Positions 27,439-38,948 are shown, numbered from the stretch's first letter. The stretch is DNA of 64,000 nt from Verrucomicrobiaceae bacterium (GCA_051252135.1 JBPOGH010000001.1:416001-480000), one strand, 5' to 3'. Notes: a model not told the origin generated them from the sequence alone. Program-made: numbers and translations.

Positions 27439-29039
27439 AATACATTTTTGTCACCGGAGGAGTCGTATCCTCTTTAGGAAAAGGACTTGCCGCAGCATCT
27501 ATTGGCACTCTCCTTGAGCACCGCGGGCTCAAGGTTCTTCTCCAAAAATTTGACCCCTACCTGAATGTCGATCCCGGCACGATGTCCCCCTACCAACACG
27601 GAGAGGTCTATGTCCTCGATGATGGAGCGGAAACTGATCTGGACTTGGGCCACTATGAGCGCTTTACCAGCACGCCCCTATCCCAAATTAACAGCCTTAG
27701 CTCGGGCCAGGTGTTTGAAAACGTCATCAAAAGGGAACGACGTGGCGACTACCTCGGCAAGACCGTTCAATTCATTCCTCACGTTACCGACGAAATCAAA
27801 GATCGTCTCAACCTCGCCACCGAAAAAAACCCGGATGTCGATGTCATCATCACCGAGATCGGCGGCACCGTCGGCGACATTGAAGGACATCTTTTCCTCG
27901 AGGCCCTGCGACAATTTGCTCAGGAGGCAGGACGCAGCAATGTCTGCTTCATTCACGTCACCCTTCTCCCGCTCGTTCGCGCTGCCGGCGAAATTAAAAC
28001 CAAACCAACCCAGCAATCGGTAGCCAAGCTCCGTGAGATTGGAATTCAACCGGACATCATCATCTGTCGCACCGAGCACGACCTCGATGAAGAGAACAAG
28101 GCCAAAATCGCCATGTTCTGCAACGTTCCCAAACCCAATGTCGTCGCCTTCCGTGATGTCGAGAACACCATCTACGAATGTCCTCTCGACCTTCGTAAAG
28201 ATAAGATCGATCGTTTGGTCACCGACGTCCTCGGACTCAAATCAAACAAACCCGACCTCAGCGCCTGGGAGGATTTTGTCGATCGTATCGTCAATCCCAC
28301 CAGTGAGATCAATGTTGCCGTGGTTGGCAAATACATCGAGCTTCAGGACGCATACAAGTCCATCTACGAATCCCTCACCATCGCAGGGGCCGCTCACCGG
28401 ACCAAAGTCACCCTCACCCGGGTGGATGCCGAAGATATTGAGAAATCTTCAGCAGCCGAAGTAATCGGAAAAGTTGATGGCATCCTCATCCCCGGCGGCT
28501 TCGGCGACCGAGGTACCGAAGGGAAAATCGAAGCCGCCCGCTACGCGAGAGAAGGCAAGATTCCCTTTTTCGGCATTTGTCTTGGAATGCAGATCGCCAC
28601 CATCGAGTTCGCTCGCAACGTCTGCGGACTCGAGGGGGCAAACTCCACCGAATTCAGTAAAGACAGCGCCCATCCCGTCATCTGTCTTCAGGAGGAGCAG
28701 CAAGGGATTACTGACATGGGGGGGTCTATGCGCCTCGGTTCCTGTGAGTCCATTGTCGTCGCAGGAACCAAGTCCTCCGACCTATACGGAGGAGCCGACC
28801 GCATCCATGAACGCCACCGTCACCGCTATGAATTCAACTCCGACTATCAGGACCGCCTTCAGGAAGCCGGACTGGTGATCGCCTCGGTGTCCGCCAATGA
28901 AGGATTGGTCGAAATCATCGAGAATCCGGCACACCCATATTTTCTTGCTGCCCAGTTCCACCCGGAGTTCAAATCAAAGCCAAACAAGCCTCACCCCTTA
29001 TTCTCCGGTTTTATTGAAGCTTGCTTGAAGAACTCATGA
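27435..29039 (+). CDS. pyrG: CTP synthase
   Basis: [50 protein letters not shown]. Confidence 0.98.
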   Translation: MKYIFVTGGVVSSLGKGLAAASIGTLLEHRGLKVLLQKFDPYLNVDPGTMSPYQHGEVYVLDDGAETDLDLGHYERFTSTPLSQINSLSSGQVFENVIKRERRGDYLGKTVQFIPHVTDEIKDRLNLATEKNPDVDVIITEIGGTVGDIEGHLFLEALRQFAQEAGRSNVCFIHVTLLPLVRAAGEIKTKPTQQSVAKLREIGIQPDIIICRTEHDLDEENKAKIAMFCNVPKPNVVAFRDVENTIYECPLDLRKDKIDRLVTDVLGLKSNKPDLSAWEDFVDRIVNPTSEINVAVVGKYIELQDAYKSIYESLTIAGAAHRTKVTLTRVDAEDIEKSSAAEVIGKVDGILIPGGFGDRGTEGKIEAARYAREGKIPFFGICLGMQIATIEFARNVCGLEGANSTEFSKDSAHPVICLQEEQQGITDMGGSMRLGSCESIVVAGTKSSDLYGGADRIHERHRHRYEFNSDYQDRLQEAGLVIASVSANEGLVEIIENPAHPYFLAAQFHPEFKSKPNKPHPLFSGFIEACLKNS

Positions 29040-30112
29040 GCGCCGAATGCCTCATCGTTGGTTTTTCGGGAACTACCCTGACACCAGAAGAAGAATCCCT
29101 CTTCAGGGACCTGCAACCTGCCGGATATATTCTGTTTTCACGGAACCTGGCCTCGCCCCTCCAAATCCGAGACCTCACCGATTCTCTCCGTAGTCTTCAT
29201 CTCGATCCTCCGTTCATTTCCATTGATCAGGAAGGAGGCCGGGTCTGGCGCACCCGGGAATTCAGTTGCGCTCCCCCTGATGCCGCCACTTTTTCAGCAA
29301 AAGCGGATTTCAAACAAACCGCTCGTTTTGGTGCCCTCACCGGCCAACTTCTCGAAATACTCGGCATCAATCTCAATTTTGCCCCTGTCCTCGACCTCGA
29401 CCATTTCCCCGATTTAAACAACGGCCTCCGCGGTCGCTGTTGGGGAAAAGACTCCCAACGGGTAATCGACTACGCCGGAAATTTTAACCGCTGGATGCGA
29501 AAACAAAATGTCCTCTCCTGTGGCAAGCACTTCCCAACCAACGGTCGCGCCTTAAGTGACCCGCACCATGATCTGCCAATCGCCGACATCTCCCTCGAGG
29601 AGTTATTAAAAGACGACCTTATCCCCTACACCGCCCTCATGCCGGAACTGGATGCCATCATGGCTTGCCACCTCAATTTCCCGCAGATCGACAACCAGTA
29701 TCCCGCTTCTCTCTCTCACACGATCCTCACCAGACTGCTCCGCGACCAATTGGGCTTCGACGGCCTGATACTTACCGACGATCTTGATATGGGGGCCATC
29801 GTAAATCACTACGGCAGAGGCAATGACATCCGCCTTGCAATCGAGGCTGGAGCGGACATCCCGATGGTCTGCCATCAAATTGAAACCCTCCGTGATGCTG
29901 TTCACGAGCTGAAGGCACTGCCAAGCGGACAGCTAGACGACTCACTTCGACGAATCGAAAAATACCGCCGAAAACTCAAACCACCCCCACCGTTCCAAAC
30001 GGATCGATGGGAGCAAATTAATGAGCACATGGCAGAGCTCACTCATGAGATCATTGGTCAGGATCGGTTCGACCCCGAGCGCCCAAACCAAAGCCCTGTC
30101 GAAGACTACTGA
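29036..30112 (+). CDS. nagZ: GH3 beta-N-acetylhexosaminidase
   Basis: [20 protein letters not shown]...[20 protein letters not shown] overlap with the pyrG stop. Confidence 0.85.
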   Translation: MSAECLIVGFSGTTLTPEEESLFRDLQPAGYILFSRNLASPLQIRDLTDSLRSLHLDPPFISIDQEGGRVWRTREFSCAPPDAATFSAKADFKQTARFGALTGQLLEILGINLNFAPVLDLDHFPDLNNGLRGRCWGKDSQRVIDYAGNFNRWMRKQNVLSCGKHFPTNGRALSDPHHDLPIADISLEELLKDDLIPYTALMPELDAIMACHLNFPQIDNQYPASLSHTILTRLLRDQLGFDGLILTDDLDMGAIVNHYGRGNDIRLAIEAGADIPMVCHQIETLRDAVHELKALPSGQLDDSLRRIEKYRRKLKPPPPFQTDRWEQINEHMAELTHEIIGQDRFDPERPNQSPVEDY

Positions 30113-30759
30113 CCGGTTTTCACTCCGCTTGGACCAAGCTTCCCCCATGTCATGATCCCCTCCGTTTTCGGAATCTCATCGATTTCAATTTTCCGATAAC
30201 ACGCTTCAAATGGAGCTCCACTGTGAGCCTGAAGCGCGATCAAACCTTCCAATGGAATGTTCTCGTCCTTCTCTGTAAAATCAACCGTCAGAATCCCATT
30301 CAACCAAAGTCGGATGCGCGGTCCCTCGCAACGGATGCGGTAATCATTCCACCCATCTCTGACCGCTGATTTTGCCTCATCGCTCACATAGTCCCCCACA
30401 ATTTTTCGGCGACGGGACTCATCATAAAGTTTCCCCCAATAATTTTTCCCCATATCCGCCTGATACCCGATCATCTCGTGGTGATTGGGAATCCTCTCGC
30501 TTCGTATTTGGATACCCGCATTCGGGTTCTTACTCTGATGAGCCTCCAGCTTGACCTGGAGTCTTAATTCAAAATTGGAGAACCGTTTTTTGGTCGTGGC
30601 GAAGGTGTTGTGGCTCACCTTTTCAGTTGGAGAACCGGCATAGATGACCCCATCTTCCGAGCGCCACCATTTGCCCTCATCCTTCTGGACTTCAAAATCA
30701 GCAAAGGTCAATTCTCCGGCTCCAACCAAAGCTGGAATGAGTAACAGGATTTTCCACAT
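30106..30759 (-). CDS. DUF1080 (3-keto-disaccharide hydrolase-like) exported protein
   Basis: FSNFELRL, NAGIQIRS, GYQADMG, WNDYRIRCEG, GLIALQAH. Confidence 0.8.
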   Translation of the reverse strand: MWKILLLIPALVGAGELTFADFEVQKDEGKWWRSEDGVIYAGSPTEKVSHNTFATTKKRFSNFELRLQVKLEAHQSKNPNAGIQIRSERIPNHHEMIGYQADMGKNYWGKLYDESRRRKIVGDYVSDEAKSAVRDGWNDYRIRCEGPRIRLWLNGILTVDFTEKDENIPLEGLIALQAHSGAPFEACYRKIEIDEIPKTEGIMTWGKLGPSGVKTGQ

Positions 30760-30761
30760 GA

Positions 30762-32165
30762 CTAAAATACAACTTCGGTTCCCAACTCGGCCACTTCAAC
30801 ATCGCCTCCGTGAATTTCACGAAGCGCCTCACAAAGCGCATTGGATCGCGTAGGCTCTCCATGCACCAGCCAAACCTTCTTTTTGGATCCCTTGATATTT
30901 TGGAAATATTCCAGTAGCTCCGAGTGATCGGCATGACCCGAAAAGGAATCCATGATTTCAACATTGGCTCTCAATTTGAAGTAATCGCCAAAGATTCTCA
31001 CCTCTTCATCACCATTCCGGATTTTTGCTCCCAAGGTATTTTCAGCACAGTATCCCACAAAGAGAATCGTATTCTTGGGGTCCTCAATGCTATTTCGCAA
31101 ATGATGCAAAATTCGGCCCGCTTCGCACATTCCTGACGCCGAGATGATAATTGCTTGCTGGTCGTTGGCATTGAGCTCCTTTGACTTGTCCACCGAGCGG
31201 ATCAGCGTCAAACCTTCAAAGCCAAATGGGTTTCTCTTCTCGAACAGAAAGTTGTATACCTCTTCATTAAAACACTCCGGATGCAGCCTGAAGATCTCGG
31301 TCGCATTTACCGCCAGCGGACTATCCACATACACCGGAACATTCGGTATTTTTCCCTCTTCGAACAACTGATGAAGCACGAAAAGCAGCTGTTGGGTTCG
31401 CTCCACTGCAAACGAAGGAATAATCACCTTCCCCCCTTTCTCGAGAGCCCGCCGGAGAATGACTGCCACCTTTTCATCAGCGTTCGTTCCCAACTCATGC
31501 TCGCGCCCTCCGTAGGTGGACTCCATCAACAAAAAATCGACGTCTTCACATCCGACCGGGTCCCGTAATAGATCGTTATCACCCCGTCCCACATCACCGG
31601 AAAATAAGAGCCGTTTCTTTTTCCCTCCATCATCCTCGTCTTCGATATCGAGGACCACCTGGGCACTCCCCAAAATGTGCCCTGCATCAATGAAAGTAAG
31701 CGTCACCCCTTTTCCAATGATCATCTTGCGATTGTATCCCACGTTCACAAACTGGCGGAGACACAACTCGGCATCAATTGGGGTATAGAGTGGTTCAACC
31801 AATGGCTTGCCATCCTTCTTGCGCCTCTTGTTTACCCACTCGGAGTCCGATTTCTGAATCCGGGCCGAGTCGGCCAGCATGATCTGACAAAGATCACGGG
31901 TCGCAAAAGTCGCGTAGATATTCCCATCAAACCCCTTACTGGAGAGGTTGGGCAAGTTTCCCGAATGATCGATGTGCGCATGGGAAAGCACGACTGTATC
32001 GATTGTCTTCGGATCAAAATAGGGGAAGCAGCAGTTTACTTCATAGGCGTCCTTCCGCCTTCCCTGATAAAGCCCGCAATCCAAAAGGATTCGCTGACCA
32101 TTGACTTCGAGCAGATGTTGGGAACCGGTCGTTGTGCCTGCGGCACCACAAAATTTGAGCTTCAT
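30762..32165 (-). CDS. MBL-fold beta-CASP ribonuclease
   Basis: TGSQHLL, LSHAHIDHSG, AGHILGS, MESTYG, SASGMCEAGRILHH, FSGHAD. Confidence 0.9.
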   Translation of the reverse strand: MKLKFCGAAGTTTGSQHLLEVNGQRILLDCGLYQGRRKDAYEVNCCFPYFDPKTIDTVVLSHAHIDHSGNLPNLSSKGFDGNIYATFATRDLCQIMLADSARIQKSDSEWVNKRRKKDGKPLVEPLYTPIDAELCLRQFVNVGYNRKMIIGKGVTLTFIDAGHILGSAQVVLDIEDEDDGGKKKRLLFSGDVGRGDNDLLRDPVGCEDVDFLLMESTYGGREHELGTNADEKVAVILRRALEKGGKVIIPSFAVERTQQLLFVLHQLFEEGKIPNVPVYVDSPLAVNATEIFRLHPECFNEEVYNFLFEKRNPFGFEGLTLIRSVDKSKELNANDQQAIIISASGMCEAGRILHHLRNSIEDPKNTILFVGYCAENTLGAKIRNGDEEVRIFGDYFKLRANVEIMDSFSGHADHSELLEYFQNIKGSKKKVWLVHGEPTRSNALCEALREIHGGDVEVAELGTEVVF

Positions 32166-32239
32166 AAATAAGTTATACTAACGAAAGAAACTAAGCCTCC
32201 CCCCGTGATCTGGCCACGAAAAAGGCGGCATCTGCCCAC

Positions 32240-32272
32240 AAAAAAACTCCGTCCTGTTTGGGACGGAGTTTT
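32240..32272 (-). terminator. Intrinsic terminator after rpsD
   Basis: AAAACTCCGTCC-loop-GGACGGAGTTTT with a T7 tract on the minus strand. Confidence 0.85.
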
Positions 32273-32302
32273 GAAATGGGTTTCCTCTGAAAGCCGTGAA
32301 CC

Positions 32303-32914
32303 TTATCGGGAATAAAGTTCGACAATCAGCTGAAGATTGACCGGTGAGTCAAGGTCTTCGGTCTCAGGAAGACGTGCGACTGTTCCTTCCATCTTCTCGC
32401 GGTCAAGAGTCAGCCAATCCACAAGGGGCACTGACTGCGTGATATCAAGCATGCGAAGTCCGAGTTGCTGTGAGCTGGCACGAGGTCCAACTTGAATTTT
32501 GTCGCCTGGACGGACTTGGTAGGAGCAAATATCGAGCTTCTTGCCATTGACCAAGATATGGCCGTGGTTGACGAGCTGACGAGCTGACTGACGGGAATTC
32601 GCAAGGCCGAGGCGATAGCAAACATTGTCAAGTCGGGTCTCAAGGAGCTGGAGCATCAGGTCGCCGGTAATACCACGACGACGGGTTGCCTCAGCAAAGT
32701 ATCCGCGAAACTGCTTCTCAAGAACTCCGTAGATGAACTTCAGCTTCTGCTTCTCACCCAGGGCGATTGCATAGTCGGACTTCTTTCGGCGTCCGGAGCG
32801 CAATCCGTGGGGTCCCGGTGGGTAGTTGCGGCGCTCGAGGGCTTTGGAAGGTCCAAAAAGTGGAACTCCAAAACGACGGTTAATCTTATCTTTTGGGCCG
32901 GTGTAACGTGCCAT
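32303..32914 (-). CDS. rpsD: 30S ribosomal protein S4
   Basis: MARYTGPK, EKQKLK, LETRLDN, ARQLVNHGH, LIVELYSR. Confidence 0.97.
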   Translation of the reverse strand: MARYTGPKDKINRRFGVPLFGPSKALERRNYPPGPHGLRSGRRKKSDYAIALGEKQKLKFIYGVLEKQFRGYFAEATRRRGITGDLMLQLLETRLDNVCYRLGLANSRQSARQLVNHGHILVNGKKLDICSYQVRPGDKIQVGPRASSQQLGLRMLDITQSVPLVDWLTLDREKMEGTVARLPETEDLDSPVNLQLIVELYSR

Positions 32915-32949
32915 TGATCTATTCTAGTAAAAGTTGGTTAGAAGAAGGA

Positions 32950-33561
32950 TTAGACGCGACGAGCCTTTTTGGGGCGGCAGCCATTGTGAGGAATTGGAGT
33001 CACATCTTCGATGGTATTCACATCCACACCGAGACCTTGCACGGCACGAACAGCAGATTCACGACCAGCACCGGGGCCTTTTACGCGAACATCCACTTCC
33101 TTAAGCCCGTGAGCCATAGCCTGACGGCAAGCATCTTGGGACACAACCTGGGCAGCATATGCAGTACTCTTACGAGAACCTTTGAAACCCATCTTACCGG
33201 CCGAAGACCAGCCAATCGTGTTACCACGCTCGTCGGTCACCGTAACGGTGGTGTTGTTGAAGGTTGCAGTCACATGGACAATGCCCTTGGTGACGTTTTT
33301 GCTCTTCTTGGACTTGTGAATCTTAACCGAGTCGGGAGATTCCTCACCGAGCAGCTCCGCGAAGATATCGCGTTTCTCCTCTGTCTTCTTAGCCGGGGCA
33401 TCTGCGCCTTCAGCTGCTTCACCCTCAACAGGAGCATCAGATGATGCTTCTGGAGCTGCTTCTTCAGCAGCCGCTTCAGGGGCTGGAGTTTCCGCAGGAG
33501 TCGCAGCCTCTACAGCTTCGACCACCTCGGCCTCCTCATTTTTGTTTTCTTCTTCAGCCAT
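32950..33561 (-). CDS. rpsK: 30S ribosomal protein S11 with an acidic N-terminal extension
   Basis: [47 protein letters not shown]. Confidence 0.96.
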   Translation of the reverse strand: MAEEENKNEEAEVVEAVEAATPAETPAPEAAAEEAAPEASSDAPVEGEAAEGADAPAKKTEEKRDIFAELLGEESPDSVKIHKSKKSKNVTKGIVHVTATFNNTTVTVTDERGNTIGWSSAGKMGFKGSRKSTAYAAQVVSQDACRQAMAHGLKEVDVRVKGPGAGRESAVRAVQGLGVDVNTIEDVTPIPHNGCRPKKARRV

Positions 33562-33603
33562 GATAATGGAAAATTAAAGGTCCTACTCAGCGAGCGAGGA
33601 TCA

Positions 33604-33972
33604 TTACTTGGCAACACCAACCGTCTTACGCTTGCCCTTACGGGTGCGTGCATTGGTTTGGGTGCGCTGTCCGCGGACTGGAAGGCCACGCTTGTGACGA
33701 ATTCCGCGGTAGCAGTTAATGGAAGCAAGTCGCTTCATTTGCCCCTGTTGCTCTCGACGAAGGTCACCTTCGATGAGAATCTCTTCGCTTTGGATCACCG
33801 TAGCGATCTTCACAAGCTGCTCCTCGGTCAATTCGCCTGTGCGAATGTCGGGGCTCACACCTGCGTGCTCAAGAATACGTGCCGCGGTCGAACGACCGAT
33901 GCCATAAATGTAAGGGAGAGAAGCTTCGATACGCTTCTCATTCGGAATATCAGTGCCAAAAAGTCGTGCCAT
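33604..33972 (-). CDS. rpsM: 30S ribosomal protein S13
   Basis: [40 protein letters not shown]. Confidence 0.97.
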   Translation of the reverse strand: MARLFGTDIPNEKRIEASLPYIYGIGRSTAARILEHAGVSPDIRTGELTEEQLVKIATVIQSEEILIEGDLRREQQGQMKRLASINCYRGIRHKRGLPVRGQRTQTNARTRKGKRKTVGVAK

Positions 33973-34129
33973 GGTGGTCTATTGGAACAAGGTCAGTTAC
34001 CGGCCGGGGCAAGGAAGCTCCAGCACGGGGGCGAGTTCTGTATCAGAAGTGCACCTTCTGACAAGTGGAATTCGACAATTTTATGGGAAAAGAGGCGTTT
34101 TTATTTGGATCACCAAACGAAATCCCCAA

Positions 34130-36601
34130 TCACTCACCCGCATTGCCACCCACCCCTGGAAGAAGAACCTCCCGTGGACGGGCTCCATCCGCTGGCCCAA
34201 CAACCCCTCTCGACTCCAAAATATCAATCATCCTTGCGGCTCTAGTATAGCCCAGACGCAATCGGCGTTGAAGCAGCGAGGTGCTCGCTTTGCCCTCCGC
34301 TTGAAGCACCTCCAGACAACGCTCGAGGGTTTCTTCGTCAGCATCAGAAACATCATCATCACCTGAATCCCCGCTTCCTCCCCCTTTTTCAATACTCTGT
34401 TGAATGCTCTCTTCAAATTTCTGCTCACCTTGAGCCGCACAATAATTCACAATCGCCTCCACTTCCTCGTCAGACACGAAGGCCCCTTGAGCGCGCTCCA
34501 GCTTGGCCGAACCAGGTGGCAAAAAGAGCATATCCCCCTTACCCACCAGCTTCTCAGCACCCTTGGTATCCAGAATCACCCGGCTATCAAGAGATGACGA
34601 CACTTGAAACGCCATTCGGCTGGGAATATTGGCCTTAATAATGCCCGTCACGACATCTGCACGCGGAGTTTGCGTAGCGACAATGAGGTGAATTCCTGCA
34701 GCACGGGCCTTCTGGGCGATACGGCTAATGGCCACCTCGATGTCTGCTGGAGCCGTCTGCATCAAATCTGCAAGCTCATCGATAATGACCACAATATACG
34801 GGAAACGGTCAGGGATCTCGTCGATCTCTTGCTCCAATTCCTCCTCCGTCGCCATGGGCCCCAAATCACCATCTTCAAAGGCCTTAGCCATTGATTCGAT
34901 GGCTTCCTCATCCACTATCTCGTCGAGAATTTCCTGTTCTTCTTCGGGAATTTCCTCCGGCTCGGGACGAACCCGGTTGTTAAAGCTGTCAAAATTCCTC
35001 ACCCCCAGCTTTGCAAAAACCTTATAACGGCGCTCCATCTCGTTGACGCACCAATTGAGAGCCCCAACCACCTTGCGGGGATCCGTCACCACTGGAACAA
35101 CCAAATGCGGCAACTTGCTGTATACCTGCATTTCAACCACTTTGGGGTCAATCATGATGAAACGAAGCTCATCGGGACCAAATTTATACAGAATGCTGGT
35201 AATGATGGAGTTGATGCACACCGACTTACCGGAACCGGTAGCTCCAGCCACCAAACAGTGGGGCATCGCCGCCAAATCACCAATCACCGTGTTTCCATAT
35301 ACATCTTTCCCGAGAGCCAGCGGAATCTTGCGCTTGGAACTCCGGAATCCATCGTCCTGAAGTAGCTCGCGGAGAGGTACGGCTACAGCCTGATCATTGG
35401 CGATTTCAATCCCAACGGTGTCTTTTCCGGGAATAGGCGCCAAAATATTGATCCGCTCAGCCTTGGTCGCCCTTGCCAAATCAGCTTCAAGCTGGGAAAT
35501 CCGACTCACCCTCAACCCCAAACTCGGGTAAATTTCATACCGGGTAATCGTCGGCCCCTTGGTGATGTCTCCAGCCGAGACGTCAACCCCGAACGCCTTG
35601 CACGTCTCAATGATCGTTCTCTGTGTCTCCAACAACTCCTCACTGTGATCTTCCGGCGGCTCCTCATTCTCCTCAAACTGCAAGAGATCAAAGCCCGGCA
35701 GTTCATAATTTTCAAAACCGTCAGTACTAAGCCCGGTATGCCCCGGCTTCTTCTTTCGTTCAAACGGTCTGGCCCCCAGATCTTGAAGGGGCGCCTTTCG
35801 TGTCGATGCATCGATAATTTGGGGTGTTGGGGTCTCCCTCAACGGCATGACAACTTGTCCATCTTCTTCCACATCCTTGGCTGACGGCTCATTGACAGGA
35901 GCTTGGGAAACTTTCCTGCGGGGACTCCTTCTCTTGGGCGCTGCCACCGCACTGGAGGCAGACTTGCTCGCTCTGGATTCCCGCCATGACGCCAGACGTT
36001 CACCAACCTCCCCGAGGGAAGTCCGTGTAAATTCCAACGGGTGTAGTCCGGTTAAGAGAATCAAACTTACCAAATAAGCTCCGATCAAGACAATCGATGC
36101 TCCCAGGGTCCCCAGAAGGTTTTGAAACACATAATGCCCGATCCCCTCACCAAGCACTCCACCCGCCCAATGCACATGCCACCTTCCCTCAAACCATCCC
36201 ATGACGTTAAAAAGCGACGCACTCGCCAACATCAACACCCCAAAGCCGATCAACGTCCGCCATCCCAGCTTGCTCTTGAACCAAGCTACCGCAACCCCAA
36301 GCCAAATCACCGAAAGTGACACCAAATACGCCGCTGCACCAAAAAGCCCGATGAAAACGAATCCCAGCATCGCCCCCACCGGCCCAATCAAATTCTTAGT
36401 CGGCTGGTCTGCAGCCCCCTCCGGCGCGAAACTCCCAACCAACTTCCAACCCACGAAATCAACAGGAGTAAATCGCAGCAAAGACACAAAAAGCAGCAAG
36501 CCCGCAATCACCATCCCAATACCGACCATTTCCTGGCCACCCTCACCCGACAGAGACACCTCCTGTTTTTTCGCCTTATTCTGCCGTTTGGCCATGATCA
36601 C
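34130..36601 (-). CDS. ftsK: DNA translocase FtsK
   Basis: N-terminal TM domain, GPTITRYE, MPHCLVAGATGSGKSV, IIDELADLM, GAEKLVGKGDML, gamma domain SLLQRRLRLGYTRAAR. Confidence 0.96.
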   Translation of the reverse strand: MIMAKRQNKAKKQEVSLSGEGGQEMVGIGMVIAGLLLFVSLLRFTPVDFVGWKLVGSFAPEGAADQPTKNLIGPVGAMLGFVFIGLFGAAAYLVSLSVIWLGVAVAWFKSKLGWRTLIGFGVLMLASASLFNVMGWFEGRWHVHWAGGVLGEGIGHYVFQNLLGTLGASIVLIGAYLVSLILLTGLHPLEFTRTSLGEVGERLASWRESRASKSASSAVAAPKRRSPRRKVSQAPVNEPSAKDVEEDGQVVMPLRETPTPQIIDASTRKAPLQDLGARPFERKKKPGHTGLSTDGFENYELPGFDLLQFEENEEPPEDHSEELLETQRTIIETCKAFGVDVSAGDITKGPTITRYEIYPSLGLRVSRISQLEADLARATKAERINILAPIPGKDTVGIEIANDQAVAVPLRELLQDDGFRSSKRKIPLALGKDVYGNTVIGDLAAMPHCLVAGATGSGKSVCINSIITSILYKFGPDELRFIMIDPKVVEMQVYSKLPHLVVPVVTDPRKVVGALNWCVNEMERRYKVFAKLGVRNFDSFNNRVRPEPEEIPEEEQEILDEIVDEEAIESMAKAFEDGDLGPMATEEELEQEIDEIPDRFPYIVVIIDELADLMQTAPADIEVAISRIAQKARAAGIHLIVATQTPRADVVTGIIKANIPSRMAFQVSSSLDSRVILDTKGAEKLVGKGDMLFLPPGSAKLERAQGAFVSDEEVEAIVNYCAAQGEQKFEESIQQSIEKGGGSGDSGDDDVSDADEETLERCLEVLQAEGKASTSLLQRRLRLGYTRAARMIDILESRGVVGPADGARPREVLLPGVGGNAGE

Positions 36602-36752
36602 ACGTCCACGACTTTTCCGTGGTGCCGGATCGTCTCACACTCTGCATGCTTAGGGCAAGGGCGAAGTTACCGCTTTATTAACAATCAATTGATGCAAAAA
36701 ATGATCCTTTCTTGCCTAACTCAACCGACTCACCCAAAATACGCATCGAAAA

Positions 36753-37682
36753 ATGGAACCCATCGTCTTCAATCCCATCTATATGACCCGTGTCTGGGGA
36801 GGCCGCACCCTTGAAACCAAATTCAATCGCAACCTTCCCGATGAACAACCCTACGGAGAATCTTGGGAAATAAGTGATCGCGACGATGAACAATCCGTCA
36901 TCGCCGAGGGCCCGCACGCCGGTAAAACGCTCCACGATCTTTGGATGAATGACCGTGACGAAGTATTCGGCCCGAATCTGGACGGCGACCGCTTCCCACT
37001 CCTCATCAAGATCCTTGACGCTCGGGATGACCTTTCCATCCAGGTTCACCCCCCTCAAGATGTTGCCGAACAGCTAGGTGGGGACCCAAAAACCGAGATG
37101 TGGTATATCGCGGACTGCGACCCGGAGTCTTCTCTATACGTAGGATTGAAAAATGGGGTCAGCGCGCAACAATTCAAACGCTCAATTTCCGATGGTTCGG
37201 TGGCCGACCAAGTCCACGCCATCCGCCCTCAACCGGACGAATCGATTTTCATCCCCTCCGGGAGGCTGCACGCCATCGGCTCAGGATTTCTCATCTACGA
37301 GATCCAACAGAACTCAGACACCACCTATCGCGTCTTCGACTGGAACCGCACCGGACTCGACGGCTCCCCTCGTGACCTTCACGTCAGCCAGTCTCTCAAA
37401 TCCATCGATTTTAACGACTTCGAACCGTCTATGGACAAACCTGATGGAGACATCATCGCCCAATGCGAACACTTCATCGTAGAGAAACTCGAAATCTTCC
37501 CCAACAACTCCGTCGCAAGCCCACAGAACCGCTTCGCAATCTTCACCATCATCTCAGGATCCCTTCAATCCGCAGGCGGTCGAAGCTTTTTGCCAGGCGA
37601 TTTTTTCCTCCTACCTAGAAACGGAACCCCTCTCACCACCTCGGAAAACACCAAAGTTCTCCGCACCACCATTCCAGTCTAG
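36753..37682 (+). CDS. manA: Type I mannose-6-phosphate isomerase
   Basis: RVWGG, GESWEIS, FPLLIKILDA, LSIQVHP, KTEMWY, HAIG, EIQQNSDTTYR. Confidence 0.9.
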   Translation: MEPIVFNPIYMTRVWGGRTLETKFNRNLPDEQPYGESWEISDRDDEQSVIAEGPHAGKTLHDLWMNDRDEVFGPNLDGDRFPLLIKILDARDDLSIQVHPPQDVAEQLGGDPKTEMWYIADCDPESSLYVGLKNGVSAQQFKRSISDGSVADQVHAIRPQPDESIFIPSGRLHAIGSGFLIYEIQQNSDTTYRVFDWNRTGLDGSPRDLHVSQSLKSIDFNDFEPSMDKPDGDIIAQCEHFIVEKLEIFPNNSVASPQNRFAIFTIISGSLQSAGGRSFLPGDFFLLPRNGTPLTTSENTKVLRTTIPV

Positions 37683-37720
37683 TCTGGACAAGCCGCTGCC
37701 AAAAACGGCAGCCTTAACGG

Positions 37721-38809
37721 GTGAACCCTACAACACGCCGCTCATTTCTGAGCAAATCCACCCTTCTCGCCGGGTCGGCATTTGCCTTCCCAAACCTCAG
37801 TATCGCCAAACGCACCGGTGCTCCCATCATTATTGGTGAAGGCGAACACCAATACGAAGTCATCCACGACTGGGCAATTCTCCCTGACAAATACAGTTGG
37901 CAAACCACCCACAACGTCGCCGTCGACAAAGAGCAGAACCTCTACGTCATGCACGAGGGAGACGCAGCCCAGACCGACCACCCCAGCATTTTTGTCTTCG
38001 ATTCCTTTGGGAACTTTATTCGCGCCTTTGGCAGCCAATTCCAGGGCGGAGGCCATGGCCTTGAAATCCGCACTGAGGGAGACCAACAATTTCTCTACGT
38101 AACTGCCTATTTGGGGCTCAATAGCTTCGCCAAACTCACCCTTCAGGGCGACATCGTCTGGTATAAACGGGCACCCATGGCCTGCGGCCGCTACGCCGAA
38201 GGCGAAGACACAAACCTTCAAAGCATCTGGGGGCGCAAGCACTTCATGCCCACCAATTTTGCCTTCCACCCGACCGACGGCTCCTTCTACCTTGCTGATG
38301 GCTACGGCGCTCACTGCGTTCACCGTTTCGATAAGGACGCGAACTACCTCACGACAATTGGCTCACCCGGGAAGGCCGACGGACAATTCAATCTTCCCCA
38401 CGGCCTCTGGATCGATACCCGTGGAGGCCGCCCCCCCCAAATCTGTGTGGCTGATCGCGCCAATGCCCGGCTTCAGTGGTTTGATCTCGATGGCAAACAT
38501 CTCAAAACCTCCGGTGAAGGCTTCACTCTCCCTGCAAATGTCGACGTCCTCGGCGACCTCATGCTCATCCCTGATCTAGCCGCTTGCATCACCCTCCTTG
38601 ATAAAGACGACAAAGTCATCCACTTGGCCAAGGATGACCAATGGACGAAATACGTCACCTCCAATAAAAATCTCCTCCGCCGCCAGCCCCAGCGCTGGAT
38701 CGATGGAAAATTCATCCACCCGCACGACGCCTGCTTCGATGCTGAAGGAAATATCATTGTTGCCGAGTGGGTCCAGACGGGGCGAATCACAAAATTACGC
38801 AAGGTGTAG
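37721..38809 (+). CDS. Tat-exported NHL-repeat beta-propeller protein
   Basis: Twin-arginine TRRSFL. NHL-like repeats YLADGYG, GQFNLPHGL, VADRANARLQ, HPHDACFDAEGNIIVAEW. Confidence 0.8.
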   Translation: MNPTTRRSFLSKSTLLAGSAFAFPNLSIAKRTGAPIIIGEGEHQYEVIHDWAILPDKYSWQTTHNVAVDKEQNLYVMHEGDAAQTDHPSIFVFDSFGNFIRAFGSQFQGGGHGLEIRTEGDQQFLYVTAYLGLNSFAKLTLQGDIVWYKRAPMACGRYAEGEDTNLQSIWGRKHFMPTNFAFHPTDGSFYLADGYGAHCVHRFDKDANYLTTIGSPGKADGQFNLPHGLWIDTRGGRPPQICVADRANARLQWFDLDGKHLKTSGEGFTLPANVDVLGDLMLIPDLAACITLLDKDDKVIHLAKDDQWTKYVTSNKNLLRRQPQRWIDGKFIHPHDACFDAEGNIIVAEWVQTGRITKLRKV

Positions 38810-38818
38810 CAAACTTCT

Positions 38819-38847
38819 TTGACAAGACGGGCGGAGCAAGAAAGACT
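38819..38847 (+). promoter_or_regulatory. Putative sigma70 promoter of tRNA-Leu
   Basis: TTGACA-17 nt-AAGACT, about 20 nt upstream of the tRNA. Confidence 0.55.
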
Positions 38848-38866
38848 CCGCCCGCTTCAAGGAGCA

Positions 38867-38948
38867 GCCGGTGTGGCGGAATTGGTAGACGCGCGCGATT
38901 CAAAATCGTGTTTCCTCGGAAGTATGGGTTCGATTCCCATCGCCGGTA
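38867..38948 (+). tRNA. tRNA-Leu(CAA); CCA not encoded
   Basis: Acceptor GCCGGTG/CGCCGGT-A, D arm GCGGAATTGGTAGACGC, anticodon arm CGCGA-TTCAAAA-TCGTG, long variable arm, T arm ATGGGTTCGATTCCCAT. Confidence 0.95.
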
